This document shows, piece after piece, positions 37,352-51,379 of a stretch of DNA of 64,000 nucleotides. Origin of the DNA: Rhizodiscina lignyota (lineage: Eukaryota); contig ML978125.1 of NCBI GenBank assembly GCA_010015805.1, positions 62,001 through 126,000 of the forward strand, written 5' to 3'. The notes beneath the pieces are model-generated. The model made no database searches and was not told where the DNA came from. It saw only the letters and a list, made by a program, of their open reading frames with translations. How positions within the stretch are numbered: the stretch's first letter is position 1; each line of letters begins with the position of its first letter. The position numbers were made by a program, and so were the translations under genes.

Positions 37352-38532
37352 ATGCCTCAGATATCAAAGCGTCAACTGGGCAAAGATGGGCCGTTTGTTT
37401 CTGCTATAGGATTTGGTGCAATGAGTTTGAGTTATGCTTATGGGAAGCCTGGTGATGACGAGGCGAGGTTCGCGGTGCTTGATCGCGCTCTGGAGCTTGG
37501 CGCGACCTTTTGGGATTCGTCTGACGCGTGTACGCGATCTCCTCAACATCTTCATCAAACCCGAATATAACTCTCACGACGGCTAGATTTTGATAGCGAA
37601 GATCTACTGAAGCAATGGTTCGATCGTACAAAGAGACGCGACGATGTCTTCCTCGCAACAAAGGGCGGGATGGTACGAGACGCGTCGGGGAAGCTGAGTG
37701 TCAGATCAGATCCCGAATATGTTAAAGAGGCGTGTAACAGGAGCTTGAAACGGCTAGGGATAAAAAAGATTGATCTCTACTACTGCCACCGCGTAGATCC
37801 AAATGTCCCAATCGAGCATGTTGTCACGGCTCTGGCAGAGCTAAAGGCGTACGTTTCCCTTCCTCCGAAGTTTTCGAAAATTAACAAGTCACATCGCAGT
37901 GAAGGCAAGATTGGTGCAATCGGACTATCAGAAATTTCTGCTGCAACGCTGCGACGTGCGTGCAAGGTGCATCCAATTTCTGCAGTACAGACTGAATACA
38001 GCGCCTTTGCTTTGGATATTGAGGACCCGAACATAGATCTTCTGCGGACATGCAAAGAGCTCGGAGTCGCTGTTGTAGCATATGGCCCTCTCGGGCGAGG
38101 TCTTCTCACTGGGCATCTTACCTCTCGCGATCAATTCGAAGCCGGAGACTTTAGGATTCATGCTCCCCGATTCAGCGAGGAGAACTTCCCAAAGAATCTC
38201 GAGCTTGCCGAAACATTCAAGAATTGTGCAGAACGAAAACACTGCACTCCAGGGCAAGTTGCTCTTGCGTGGCTGTTAGCACAAGGGGATAACATCATTC
38301 CAATTCCGTGAGTTTGTTGCAGTCTCGTACAGACATTGAGCTTCATTGACGGTATCACAGCGGGACCAAGAAGATTAAATATCTTGAAGAGAATATGGGG
38401 GCACTGAGCGTGTCCCTAACGGAATCTGAGCTGGAGGCCCTCAGACATGACATTGAAAAAGTGCAGGTTATGGGGGAGAGATACCCAGAGGCTCTTGCGC
38501 AGTATTCTTTTGTGGACACTGTAGAACTATGA
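37352..38532 (+). CDS. Aldo-keto reductase (AKR13/YakC-like)
   Basis: IGFGAM, FWDSSD, IDLYYCHRVD, IGLSE, VQTEYS, YGPLGRG, IPIP|GT. Confidence 0.92.
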
Positions 38533-38607
38533 AACTGAACTCGGCCGATACCATCGAATCGAAGCACATGCATGGAATTCCACATTCGCCTTCTTCCTCC
38601 GTAGAGT

Positions 38608-39094
38608 CTACTGTTTCTCCGGAATCACTAGGTTGTCGTATCCAATCTGTATATGAATTGGATGCTGTAAGAAAAGCTTTTCATCCTCTTCACAAGATTT
38701 AGCACGACGCCAGACAGTAGGATGTGGAAGGTCTGACTTACCCACAATCACCTTCTTGAACTCTTCATCAGATGCTATTTCCTTCCAATCGTCAAGGCTA
38801 TCTAACCAGACTTCTGCGACGCCATCGTATTCCAATACCGGGATTCCAAACTCGGCAGCCTGCTTTCGATATTCAGGCGTGATATGGTGCTGACATCTTC
38901 AGATTTGGTTGGCAGCTCAAGCAATAAGAACGATATCGTACCTGGTTGTACTTGCGAGTTTTATTCGCGAACAGCTTGTTCTGCATTGCAAGCTTCACAT
39001 GCTGACCCTTCCAATGTTCATGGAATTGCTCATCTGATATGTTCGGCAGTTTTTTCAGGAACAGGGAAATCTTGACGTATGGCTTGCTCGTCAT
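38608..39094 (-). CDS. EthD-domain protein
   Basis: FLKKLPNISDEQFHEHWKGQH..YNQ and EYDGVAEVWLDS..DEKLF. Confidence 0.85.
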
Positions 39095-39530
39095 TTTGCG
39101 TATGCTTAAATTGAAGATAGAGTATGCAAGGATATCAGCTCACAATTCACACAATAATGTAAGTGCAGAGCCTTGTGAGATGTGCTTGTTAAACAATTGT
39201 GCGTTTTAGGACTAGTGCATCATGCGGCATGCTCCACCGGATAACGTATTGCGAGGCACACCTCCAGCCACATTGCTCCGAGATTCCCATCCAGTTGTCC
39301 GCGAAGTTCACTGCTCGGTCTGTTGCATTCTTCTCGGTCTTAAAATCAAGGCAGGACTTAATTTGGAGCTTGGTTGAGCGCGGAAAATGCCACTGCACAA
39401 TTCCTGGCTTGAACCAAATCTCGACTTCACTTGCTAGCCCGTCGCATCTCACTTTCACAAGCAGATAAATTTACATAAGTGGTGATAACCACTGAAGCTC
39501 TCGCTCAAAATAACGTTTAAGACCAGCATC

Positions 39531-41376
39531 ATGGCTGTTCTCAATGTCGACTTTCTTTCAACTGGACCCAATCCTTGGACAGTGGTTGCTCTATTAGTAG
39601 CTGGAGGTGTACGTTCTCTGAATCAAACATATCAATGCTGATCAGCTAACTTTTGAATTAGATCTGTATCCAACTTGCCTATATTGTCATATACCGGCTG
39701 TATTTCCACCCTCTTGCCAAGTATCCTGGACCTTTATTGGCTCGTATATCACCGGTAATGTATCTAGACCAAATTTGACGTCAAAATACTTATCGACATC
39801 AGATCCCAATCACGATTAGCCTCCTGAGGGGTCGCATACCATTCTTCGTTAAAGATGCCCACGACAAGTATGGCCCTGTTGTCCGCGTCTCTCCGAATGA
39901 GTTATGCTTCGACAACGAAGCGGCCTGGAAGGACATCTACGGCAGCAGGCCTGGCCACAAGAACTTTCACAAGGATCCAATTCACGTCGGATCGATTCAA
40001 AGTGTGCCCGGAGTAAGCACTATCACGATGGCCAATGACGCAGATCATGCACGGCAGCGGCGGGCTCTTTCGCATGCATTCTCAACCAAAGCGCTCCTTG
40101 AGCAAGAATACATTGTTAAGAGCTACATCAACGTCTTCTCGGAGAAAATGAAAGAGTTTGCGAAGAATGGCACACCAGTCAATGTGACCGACTGGTTTGC
40201 ATTCACTACTTTTGACATCATTGGTGACATGGCGCTCGGAGAACCGTTTGGATGCCTCACTAATGAAAACTTTCGATTCTGGGTCCCCCTCATCAGTGAT
40301 TCAATCAAGGCCGGAGCGATTGAACAAGCTACTCGAAGGATGGCGGAGACAGATTCAGCAATGCAAAAGTTCCTTCTGAAATGTATTCCGGAATCCATAC
40401 GCGGGACCAGGAGGAACCATCTCGACTATAGCAAAGAAAAGATTCTCAAGTATGGCATCTTGAAATGACTAGAATCAATTGATGCTGACGATGTCGCAGG
40501 CGTATGCAGCAGACGAACAACGAACACAAGGATTTCTTGTACTACCTCATGAAGCAGCAAGACAAGGATCAGCTAAACCTTGACGAAGTAATTGTGAACG
40601 GGGCTTTATTCATGTAAGTCGATCATAGTCATTTCGTAGCATTCCTGGCTAATTCCGAACTTTATAGCATTGCGGGCACAGAAACAACAGCAGGGTTCCT
40701 GACCGGCCTCTTCAATCAGCTGCTGCGGCAGAATAATCGCCACATTCTTGACAAACTGATCAAAGAAATTAGGTCGAACTTCCAGTCCGATGCCGACCTT
40801 TGCTTCGAAGAGCTCGTGAAGCTGCCGTATTTGACTGCGGTGATTGAAGAGGGCCTCCGCATCTTTCCTAGCGCGCCGATTGGTTTTGTTCGCACTGTAC
40901 CTCAAGGCGGCGATATTGTAGATGGACATTTCGTTCCAGGTGGAGTATGTTCTGCAACAAGCATCAGACTATCAGAGCTGACAAGTGCAGACTACCGTTT
41001 CCGTGTGCATGTGGGCAGCATCGCACAGCGAGAGAAACTTCGAGGATCCGTACGTCTTCCGTCCAGAGCGATGGCTGGATAAGGAGAACAGCAAGGACAA
41101 GCTGACTGCCAGCAATCCCTTCTCTTTGGGACCGCGGGGATGTATCGGTCGAAAGTAAGTTCGGATGAGCATGTCTGCAGCCCGTCACTAACGCCCGGTA
41201 GCCTCTCGTACATGGAGATGCGACTCATAATTGGCAAGCTGCTCTGGCATAACGATATCGAGATGCATGGCGATAATAAGATCTGGGATCCTAAGAACGA
41301 CCATGAGAATATGGTGGTCTACAATAACTGGATAAAACCACCGCTTTGGGTTAAGCTGAGTCCGCGCAAGATGTAA
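39531..41376 (+). CDS. Cytochrome P450 (TRI11/CYP65-like group)
   Basis: [54 protein letters not shown]; multi-intron. Confidence 0.93.
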
Positions 41377-41710
41377 AGTGCGATTATCGATAGTCGAGAT
41401 TGCAGATGCGTGTTCTTTATCACTGTCCCATAACTTAGGCATATGCGGAAAGCCTTAGAGAAAGCAAATTTTACTAAATATTCATGGCAAACACGTGTGG
41501 TCAGAGATTTTGCGGAGTTCTGACTTGTTGAGCTGCACCTAAAGGCAAGTTGTGATATGTCTAGAAGCGGCGCTGACACGCAATGATTAAGTCTTCAGGG
41601 TTTGAGTGACACTATTTTTCTTAAATTCTGGTTCGAGTAGAGACTTCAAAAATGCTGTAACAGTTTAGGGTTTTTCTAAGTTCACACTCTCGATCTCGAT
41701 CTCAACTGCA

Positions 41711-42508
41711 TCATCTATCATACGCTGCGAGAATGTGATCAAAGTATCCCTTTGTGAGATCTTTCAGTTCCGGATGTGTAGCCACCCAAAGCTTGTTCTC
41801 CTTGATTCCTTCAACAATCATCTGTGCAGTGTCGCTCGCTGGTATCCGCCTCGCCTCTCGCTTCTTAACCTCCGAAACCAGCGCGTCCCCATACTTCTCC
41901 GGCCTGCTGCGCTCGCTCTTCATGATATCTGTCACTGTGCCCGCCACGATCACGTTCGTAATGCCTACTCCATGTTCCTGAGACTCTGCTTGGAGCGCAG
42001 CACCGAGCGCCATGACCGCCGATTTGGCAGACGTGTACGGGCCGTGGAGAGTGAACCAATTGGGAACCATGCCTGCCTGCGATCCGGTGATGACAATGTG
42101 GCCAGATTTGCGCTCGTACATCTCTGGGTAGTAGAGCTGGACGAAGTTAACGACGCCTCCGAGCACTACATCGTACACCCAGTCCCAGTCCCGCTCCCGG
42201 TGCCTCGCAAATTCGCCGCTTGTCGTCACGCCAGCGTTGAGAACGAGTACGTCAACGGGCCCGAAGGTTTTGGCAACTTGGTCGTGAAGGCTTTTGACTG
42301 AGGATCTGTCTGAGACGTCGCAGACTATAGGAAGTACTTTTGGTGCTCCCGCAGCCTCGATCTCCTTTGCCGTTTCCGCGAGTCGTTCTTGGTTTGTAGA
42401 CGCGATGACGATGTTCATAGAATCTTTTGCAAACTCGAAGGCGACGGCTTTGCCAATGCCAGTGGCACCACCTGTTATGACGGCCGTTTTACCCTTCAAG
42501 TCTTTCAT
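41711..42508 (-). CDS. Short-chain dehydrogenase/reductase (intronless)
   Basis: TGGATGIG, NAGV, TGS, YTSAK. Confidence 0.92.
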   Translation of the reverse strand: MKDLKGKTAVITGGATGIGKAVAFEFAKDSMNIVIASTNQERLAETAKEIEAAGAPKVLPIVCDVSDRSSVKSLHDQVAKTFGPVDVLVLNAGVTTSGEFARHRERDWDWVYDVVLGGVVNFVQLYYPEMYERKSGHIVITGSQAGMVPNWFTLHGPYTSAKSAVMALGAALQAESQEHGVGITNVIVAGTVTDIMKSERSRPEKYGDALVSEVKKREARRIPASDTAQMIVEGIKENKLWVATHPELKDLTKGYFDHILAAYDR

Positions 42509-42893
42509 AGTGGAGTTGTTGAATTTGAAATGAAAGGTGGAGATGAACTCTTTGAAACGAAGAATCGATGAGAGAGATTAGAAACAGGTAAAATCTCTCA
42601 CAACCTACAGCACAGTTCAGTCTCAACATATATATTGACCTTCCATCGAAGATCTACTAATCCTTTGATTAACGCGTAGTTTGTGATACCTTGACTGGAA
42701 AGCCGGCAGGTTGACGTTATGCCCCGCGTTTTCCCCCAAGCTTCGGAGCGCTCTTTGGCAAAAGGTATCCGCGCCAAATGATGCAAACGTGACACGGCAT
42801 TTTTAAAGATGGAGTTTTCAATACTGCTCCAGAAGAGGATTTTTAGACTTGTGTCCAAGGAAACTCATATTCGAGGCATACTACTTCAACATC

Positions 42894-43798
42894 ATGGCGT
42901 CGAAAATGTCTGGGCCGGGGATGCTGTACGTCACGAGCAAGATCGCAAGGAAGGATCTCATGGATTATGACATTTATATGAACTGGTGCGAAACTTTCAG
43001 CTCATTATATCAAGTGGCTAATATCGACAGGTACGATAATGACCACATCGCTGAGATCATGCAAACGAGCGGCATCCACACCGCGTTCCGATACATCGAT
43101 ACGAACAAGGACGCGCTGAAACCATATCTGGCATTCTATCCGATGCCGGATATTGCATTTACTCAAGGAGAAGAATTCAGAAAGATCAGCGTGCATAGCA
43201 AGTTGCTGCCAGGAACGGGTCTGTGCTACGATCTTGCCGATATTGATGTGAGATATTATGGTCTGACGGAGAACGGAGAAAGAAAAGGAGGCCCAAAACA
43301 GGGTAAGTCAACCAAGGGAGTGTTAAAGGCCGTACTGAGAGATTCTTTCAGATCCAGCTCCATGCCTCGTCACAGTAGCTATCGAGCCGGACGCTGGTTC
43401 AGGGCTGACAAACGATCTGATCGATGAATGGTACAGGACGACAGTGAGTCAAACCAAGACCATATAGTCTGGGTATACAGCTGAAAATACACGTACAGCA
43501 AGCGGAAAGAATCTCTCAAATACCAGGATACCAGCGCACGACGCGATACAAGCTGCTCTACGCGCGTACCAACGCGCAGTCACGTGCGCTGAAGGGCTTG
43601 CCAACGACCAACGAGCCTGCCCCAGAGCCGCCAACGTGGCAGGCGATTCATGAGTTCGATCGAGTTGTTCAGCCGGAAGAGCTACAGCCGTTGAAAGGGG
43701 CGGAAAAGACGAAGGAACTGCTGTCGAAGACGAAGGAGACCGAGTTCAACATTTTCCGGCTGGCTAAGGCGTTTGGCGAGAAGCGCTTCTTTGACTAG
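42894..43798 (+). CDS. EthD-like two-domain protein, same family as 3328-4171
   Basis: SGPGMLYVTSK..W|YDNDHIAE..YLAFY..DVRYY; C-terminal PTWQAIHEF. Confidence 0.72.
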
Positions 43799-44265
43799 TG
43801 CGAATTGGCATCCGAGTCATCCGCATGATGTAAAAATAAGCTACCCATTATGAAGCGTATCTTGAGGTTCGGAAAACCATTATTGAAGACATGAAAAGCT
43901 TGAACGCGTGCGAAGTGACATGGATGGGCGGAAGAGGCTTGGCTGGCAACCTTTTTCCAGCCGACCGCGTTTCCACTTCCTCCACTTCCCCTTTTCCATT
44001 CTTCCCCTTTTCCACTCCTCACCTTGAAAACAACCCAAGCATTCAATGCCGGGCTTAATGCGGGTTAACGCCTTTCCATCTTGCCGAAACCCAGTGATAA
44101 TGCGTAAGAAGTCAAGTCACCGTTTAAATGACCCTTGGTGACGTGTTGCCTCGCGTGCGCGGGGCTTTAGACGCGTACCATCGTCTACACGTCCGGGAGC
44201 GTTTACTATTCCGTGTTGTTTTCAACGATTTTCTTGCTCTATTTCGAATCTAAAGGATCATAGAA

Positions 44266-45364
44266 ATGTCGAACTTAGAAGCAGCTAATTTGTTCTCGGT
44301 GAAGGGCATGGTCTTTGTGGTAACAGGCGGCGGAAGCGGTAAGACAATCTTTTGAATCATTAAGCACTGAATACTGACGTTTGACTGCCATACATAGGAA
44401 TTGGAGCAATGATGGCGCGATCATTAGATGCAAACGGTGCCGCCAAAGTGTATATCATTGGCAGGAGAAAAGACAAGCTTGAAGAAGTTGCAACATCTGC
44501 TGTCTGCTAACCTACTCTCGGTGGAATGATTCGAGCAATTGACGCGTATACAGAGCAACGCATCGATCATACCGATACAAGGTGACGCCTCCTCGAAAGA
44601 CTCCCTCGCCTCAATAGCATCCCACGTGTCGTCTGAAACTCCATTCGTCAATGCCGTCATCGCAAATCACGGCTCGCCAGGGCCAACCCACAACGAGCTC
44701 CCCAAAAATCCTTCATTATCTGACATTCGCGAACATCTTTGGAAAGTGCCAATGGAAGAGTTCAACGACTGTTTCATGATGAACTCCACCTCGGTGATTT
44801 ACTGTCTTCTTGCATTCCTTCCGCTTTTGGAAGCGGGAAATACACATCCATCTTCTCCTGCCGTGGCAACCGGCGTAAAAAGTCAGATCATCGCTACGAG
44901 CTCGATCAATTCTTTCAGCCGCAAGATGGGTCAGGGCTTTGCGTATTCTGGATCGAAGGCTGGTGTTGTGCACATGATGAAGTGTGCAGCGACTTTTTTT
45001 GCCCCATATGGGATCAGAGCGAATGTGGTCTCGCCAGGCATCTATCCGAGCGATATGAGCGCTGTATGCCTCGTGCTATGATACATTATCTCGCCAGCTC
45101 TGCTGATTCTCAAGATAGGCATTCCTCGAAGGCAAAGACGCGACGAAGATGGGCTCAATTGATCACAACATCTGCCCTTTGACTAGAATAGGGAACGAGG
45201 AGGCAAGTCGAATTTTTCGGGCCTGTATATTATGTTGCTGACTCGGCATTCAGGATATGGCAGGCGCTACTTTATTCCTCTGCAGCAAAGCTGGAGCATA
45301 TGTGAACGGTCTGGTAATCAACACAGATGGCGGAAGGCTTTCTATTGTGCCAGCAACATATTGA
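44266..45364 (+). CDS. Short-chain dehydrogenase/reductase
   Basis: NLFSVKGMVFVVTGGGSG|IG, YSGSK, RANVVSPGIYPS, YVNGLVINTDGG. Confidence 0.9.
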
Positions 45365-45482
45365 GTAGATTACATACTAGGAGCAATCTTGTTTATAGCA
45401 AGCCTGCTGTATCCCAACACTAAAACAAATCACTAAATTCCTCCGTTGGATGTAAGACTGGCCATGAGACATCAGATAGACA

Positions 45483-47353
45483 TTATACCTGCTCGTGCAC
45501 ATCCTTCTGCGGCGGATTAATGTTGGTCTTCCCACTCTGCAATGTAGCCGCAATAGAGTCGCTCATCAGATGATCGATATTCGGAACGAAGAAGGTTACG
45601 AGAATTGCCACGCCGCCAAACGCAATCGACACATAGAACACAGTTCTGTAGGCATCCAAATATGCATGCCGATACGCGAGTGCGCCCGCTTGCTCGATTG
45701 CTGGCGTGAGTCCCTTCACGGCTGAAAGCGTGGCCTCTGTAGCGCCAGCTGTAATAGCGGTCATATAGTCGGCAACGGAAGAAGCCGGCAGACCAGCTTT
45801 GACGAGAGCAGATGGCACCTCCGCTGTGATAGTGTCAGTTGAGCGTGCTGTCAGCACGACGGTGTACACGGTTGAAGCGACTGTCGAGATTGCTGAGCGA
45901 GCGGAACCAGCGAATCCGACGGCAGTACCAATCTCTTGCTGGTCTTTGATACAGATGGAACAGATTGGGAGGACCAGAGCCTCGTTGTATCCGATGCAGG
46001 TTGTGGCGATGAAGACGAATGCCATGGCCATGCTGGAAGATGTGATGCTGTTGACGGCCATCACTGCGGTGTGTCAGTAAAATTTCCGATAAAGGGATGG
46101 CAACGTCGGAGACTTACATCCTAAGAACAGCGTTCCAAGAGTGATTACAACCAGGAGCTGATACTTTGTCTTTCCGATCATCTTTGCACAAGCGCCGCCA
46201 ATCATCTCGCCAACCGTGATTCCGAGACCCACAAGACATGCAACCCAGCCAGACCACATCTCGCGACCATTGGCGTAGACATTGGCAGTCATCTCTGGCC
46301 AGATGATGGCTTGGCTGTAGTAAACACTCGCGCCAAGAGACAGCGTTAGGAACGATGCCACATAGCCGCGGTTCTTGAAAAGGTGTAGCGGCACCATGGG
46401 TTCTTTGAGATCGACTACGCTTTCGTACACGAAGAGCCCGACGAGACACAGGAAGCCGACGACTATGAATGAGATTGTATGCGCGTCCTTCCATGGATAT
46501 ACGGAGCCACCAGAGGAAAGACCAAGAATGAACCTAAGAAATATCAGTTAGTGCCCCAGTCCATGATCTCGGGCGCTAAAACATACAAGATAAGACCCGC
46601 GATGTACAGAAGCAAGCCGATATAATCAAAGTCCTTGATCCAGGTCACGATCTTGTCGCTGCCGTGCTTCTGGTGGAATGTTGGCGGGAAGTAGAACAGA
46701 GCGTAGAGAACTGCGGTGATCCCGTTGAGAATGATTAGCAGATAGTAAACCCAACGCCACCCCGGGCCTGTATACAAGACGAACGCAGTTGATACGGCAG
46801 CTCCGAACCCAGCAGACGGTAGGCTGAACGCGAAAAGCACTGCATTTGCGAGGAAGCGGTATTTGACGGGCACGAGCTCGCCAACAAGGAAGGCATACGA
46901 GTATCCCGTGCATGCCGAAAGTCCAACGAGAGTCTGCCCTCCGATGAGCACGGGTAGCGTCTTCGCCGTAGCACCAATGATGGCACCGATCATTCCCAAG
47001 ACGGTTCCAGAAATGAAGAAGTATCGACGACCAAAGATGTCAGAAAGTCGGCCAACGAGGAGCAATCCCACGGCAAGACAGAGCGTATAGACAAGCGCTA
47101 GCCAGGTGATGCTTGCACTGGGCCCAAGGTCCGCATTGATGGCACTCAAGACAGGTGCAACAAAGGCAAAACCTCCTGTGCTTGCCATGAGGTTCATTCC
47201 CGTGGCGATGAAGGATCCAATGAATCGCACGCTGCGGAAGTAGCTTTTTGGAAGCGCATCCGCAGCTGCCGTGAAACCCTCCGAGGCATCGTGCACGATT
47301 GGAGTTCGATCAGCATGTTCATACTGATGCTCCTCATGTTTCTCGATATCCAT
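45483..47353 (-). CDS. MFS transporter, fungal trichothecene efflux pump (TRI12)-like family
   Basis: GRLSDIFGRR, GELVPVKYR, GWRWVYY, FYFPPTF, PMVPLHLF, AYRTVFYVSIAF; many TM segments. Confidence 0.88.
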
Positions 47354-48155
47354 ATCTCAACTCGTTGTGAACGCTGATGAAGGCTATTATTAAGGATATT
47401 GGACCAACTTGAAGATGAACGAAGTGATGCACAATTCAGTAATAGGGTTGAAAAACAAACAAGAATCAAGCCTTTGGAATAGCTGCAGAGGGAAAAGCGA
47501 CCAAGATCGGCGTGGGAGGAATATAAGAATGCGTTCGAAGCATCCGGAAATCAGATTTCCTCCTCCTTCTCGCCAACGGCTCCACTCTCCCGCCGCTCAA
47601 ATCGCTAAATGACTACCCACCCCGTATCAGATTTTGGACTAGCCTAGGAATGCCCCCGGAGACTAGCGAGTTAGCGCAGGTACTGAATGTGGAGTTGGAA
47701 TATGGAGTGTGGAGAGGCCCTTGATCCTTGATCTTTGGATCTGCACCGGGGCCATGCATCTGGGAAACGTCTTCCGTAGTACCACTTGAAGAGGTTCGGG
47801 TAATGGCGCATGAAAGAAAATCTCGAGCAGTAGACAATCTTACGCCACCGCCATGTGAACTAGACTGATCATCCTCACATTGCCTTTCTGTCGAAGCCTT
47901 CTCTCTCCAGTGTCAGTCTGATAGGTTAGGGTCACTCCAAGGGCTCCGGACTGTTCCTCCCAAAGCCTCTCTAGACACCCACCTTTTCAACAAATATCTA
48001 GTTAATCGTGTTGATCCATTTAGCCAGTCTGGTTTGCTACTCACGCTACGGCTTCTGTTGTTCTTCGTAGAAAACAGTAGCTTCGCAGGCAGCTTCGGAT
48101 CTCTTCGACGTGAAATGATCTGTGAGATTTATCTTATCTTATCTTATCTACGTGA

Positions 48156-48623
48156 TCATCGTGCCTCAATCACGCTCCAAAACTCGCACCCCCCGGCCCC
48201 AAACTTAGTCTTATCCCCCAACCCCAACCTTTCATACTCCTCCCTCCTCCGCTCCTTCTCTTGCTCCTTCGCCCTCATCCGCTCAAACTCCGCCTCGTCC
48301 GACGGCAGCTTGTCCCTGCTGCCACGCCGCTCATGCAGCTCACCAATCTTTGCCTTGGCCTTCCCAAATGCAGCGGCCAGGGGAGACTTGAGCGACGAGG
48401 GGGTAGATGCGGCATCTTTGCTGGGGTTAGTGAGTACTGTGTTGACGAAGTGAGAGGAAGGGCAAGGATCGGGGGTGATGTACCTTTGTGTTGCTTGCGC
48501 GGCGGATGATTGGGTTGTTGATGTTGGTTTGGTGGAGGATGTTGCGGATGAGCTGGAGGATGAGATGACAGGCTGCGTCATATCTGCCTTTGACGATGAT
48601 GATGGGCTCCCTGAAGTGGACAT
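48156..48623 (-). CDS. Hypothetical small protein (Ser/Thr-rich N-term, charged C-term)
   Basis: 155-codon ORF; EKERRREEYERLGL; 3' end may be spliced. Confidence 0.55.
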   Translation of the reverse strand: MSTSGSPSSSSKADMTQPVISSSSSSATSSTKPTSTTQSSAAQATQRYITPDPCPSSHFVNTVLTNPSKDAASTPSSLKSPLAAAFGKAKAKIGELHERRGSRDKLPSDEAEFERMRAKEQEKERRREEYERLGLGDKTKFGAGGCEFWSVIEAR

Positions 48624-49936
48624 ACTTCTTTTCTGGCAGCGCTGGAGCTTTATCGTTGTGGTGTTCGGTGTATATGCCGTTGCTTGTCCACAGGAAGGCT
48701 TTATTGAAGTTGTTTAGGCTGCAGTGGATGGCTTTATATCTTAGCTGCTCTGAGGTGCACAGACATTTTCCACCGCCACCGGGAACAGAGGTCTTTATAC
48801 GGTGCATGAAAGATAGAGAACTTGGGAATTGTTCAAAACATTACTGGAAGCAACGACGGCTTAAGAGAGTGGTGCGTTAATTGAAGAAGATGCGTATGAG
48901 GAGGCGTATGCGTTGCATTGACCCTCGATGATGAACGCGCATGCCATCTGCCTCATTGATGGGCATCACCGCTTCTTGTTGTTCCACACTGGGAGTAAGT
49001 AGGTAGACGGAGACAAGATATGGAATCTTCGGCAGATGCTCTTTGCAGCGGTGTACTTATTTGGATGCCCAGACATGTAGGAACAAGAAGCGACGAAAGA
49101 ACTGAACTCGTCAGGCAACAGGGTGAGAATAAACGAGATGGCAAAGCTAGAGAAAGGCTAGAAAAGGCTGCATAGCTGATTCGATCAGTTGCACGATTCT
49201 GGAAAGTGTCAGCGACATTTTGCGATCGCTGGAGTACGTCTCCTTGGTGTTGCACTGGACGCGTAAGTTGTTGAAGGCCTGAGGCCAAGACAGCAGCGTA
49301 CTCCGCATTCGTCACTTGTCCGGAATGAGAAGCTATTGATAATTTCTGCCCTTCGATTTGGCACGGCAATTTGTTTCCATGGACGCGAGTTTAATTCGAC
49401 GTCGGAGACCAATTGAGGTAGATCGGTCCCTCCGTGTGAACAGCGATGTTTAGTTGTTCTTCTGCACATGGCCAAGCGATGCGGAGTTCGGATTTGGGTT
49501 CTGGATGCAACTCCGACGCCGGAGGTGACAACGACGCGTAGAATAGCTACTGTGAGTCAGTTGAATTGCGATGATCACACTTTCTGATATGATATCCTTG
49601 AGATGATCAACTCTGATTCGCGTCGATGCTCGACATGATCAAGAGAAGGTGGAGTAATCCGACGCACGAAAACGAGAATGACGAAAAACACAACCTCCAA
49701 GTAGCGCGAAGGGTATCTGTTCGAAAACGAAGAACTGTTTCTCCAAAGCGCCCAAACCCCGATTCCATTACAATTCTATAAGATACAGACGTAGATCCAA
49801 ACAGTGTCAGCCGCTCCGTCTATGAGGCGTCGTCAGTCGTGAAGAATCGTAGCCACAGATTACCACCAATTGTGTGAACGCCGTGTCCGCTCTTGCTTTT
49901 CTTATGCCATTTCCAAAGTTGTTCCAATGCAAGGAA

Positions 49937-50810
49937 TCAAGACTCCTTCGGTGAATGCAATTTCACCACCCAGCGCATTGCCCGTATCGCTTCTTCCATC
50001 TCAGCTTCCAGCTTGGCCATCCTCTCATCGCGCTCTTGATGTTCGTCGAGTCGCTTCTTCAGAGCCGCATTTGCTTGCTGCGCCGCGGCCTGGTGCTTGT
50101 CGCGCTCGTCGCCAACGATTGATATGCGCTCTATGCGCTCATCGACACCTCGGTTCGCTTCCTGTACATCCGAAATACGTTTGCGTAAGCCATGTATTTC
50201 ATCTCGCAACTGATGGTGGCTTTCCTTAAGCGTCTCATACGACGTGTCGGCTCTCTTGGCCACCGCCTGAGCCTCTGATACTTCTTTGTGTGCTGCTGCT
50301 GTTGTCTCGCCCAGCTTCTCGCCCATCTCTCGTGACTTCTCCTCCGCGGTAGTCCGTCTGGACACCTCCGACTCCAGCGACTCCTTCAGCTGTGCTATCC
50401 GCCGATCTTTTCGTTCCGCGAGCAGTTTGTCGGAACCGTGTACGTGCTCGAGGTTCGACGTCTGTGATTGCAATGACGCGATGAGGTTCTTTTGTGTGCG
50501 CAGTTGCTCTTCCGCCTCCTCCTTTGCGGCCCTCTCCGCTCTCAGCTCTCGCCGTAGTCTGTCATTTTCTGCCGTCAAGCGCTCAATAACCTTGGTCGAA
50601 GACGTCGTTTTCGCAGAGGGAACGGGTTCTGGTGTAGCGGACTGCATCACATATCGCGGTGGTGGGGGTGATGGTGAATTTGAAGTGAGTGTTGCTTTGA
50701 AGTTGCTGATGTTGAGGATCTCCGTAGGCCCCTTCATAGCGGTTGACTTGGTGGTCATGCTTTCACCACACCGCTCGTGGAGACTGGGGCTCGTGCGTTC
50801 TCATCATCTG
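49937..50810 (-). CDS. Coiled-coil protein, possibly She3-like
   Basis: VIERLTAENDRLRREL..LAERKDRRIAQLK heptads; frame stays open upstream of Met 50758 to a CAG acceptor, so an upstream exon is likely. Confidence 0.6.
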
Positions 50811-51379
50811 AACGGGGCCGAGAGTGAAATGAAAGGAAGGTGTGTCAGTGAGATCGTGTGAAGTGTTTAGTGAGTGAAGTGTTGCGAGTGAAGCGCTGAG
50901 GTGCGGTAGGAATAAAGAACGATAGTAAGACAACAGAGCCAGCGCGTCGGTGTGTCAGGCAACGCTTTCAGGGATCAGCGCGTCTGTGAATCGTATCCTG
51001 ACTGGGCCAGGAACAAGGAGCGGCTCGTGGGTAACGCCCGGCGAGATGCAGGGACACGCAGCGGATGGTTGGTGTTCACTTGTCTCATAGGGCGACGCTT
51101 ATCCTATAGTGGTGTAACGCTGACTTAAAACCGTTAGCATCGATAATTGAACCTTGACGTGACTAAGCTATCCTGGGCCTGTGGCGGTGTTCTCGAGTGG
51201 CTAGGTACCCTCTGGTGTCACGACCAATTTATTAATCTCTTCCCTACATCCCATATCGACCTCTGTCTCGCAAAAAGAAAAATTTGATTCTAACCTGACT
51301 TCACAATTGCGGATGCTACCTGTAGCACCATAAGACAGTATCTCAGAGAAACTGTCGAAATCAATCCGATACAGCGCCT

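Noticed and set aside
39531..47353. Trichothecene biosynthesis cluster
   Set aside because: TRI11-like and TRI12-like labels are broad families; no trichodiene synthase or other TRI genes are present.
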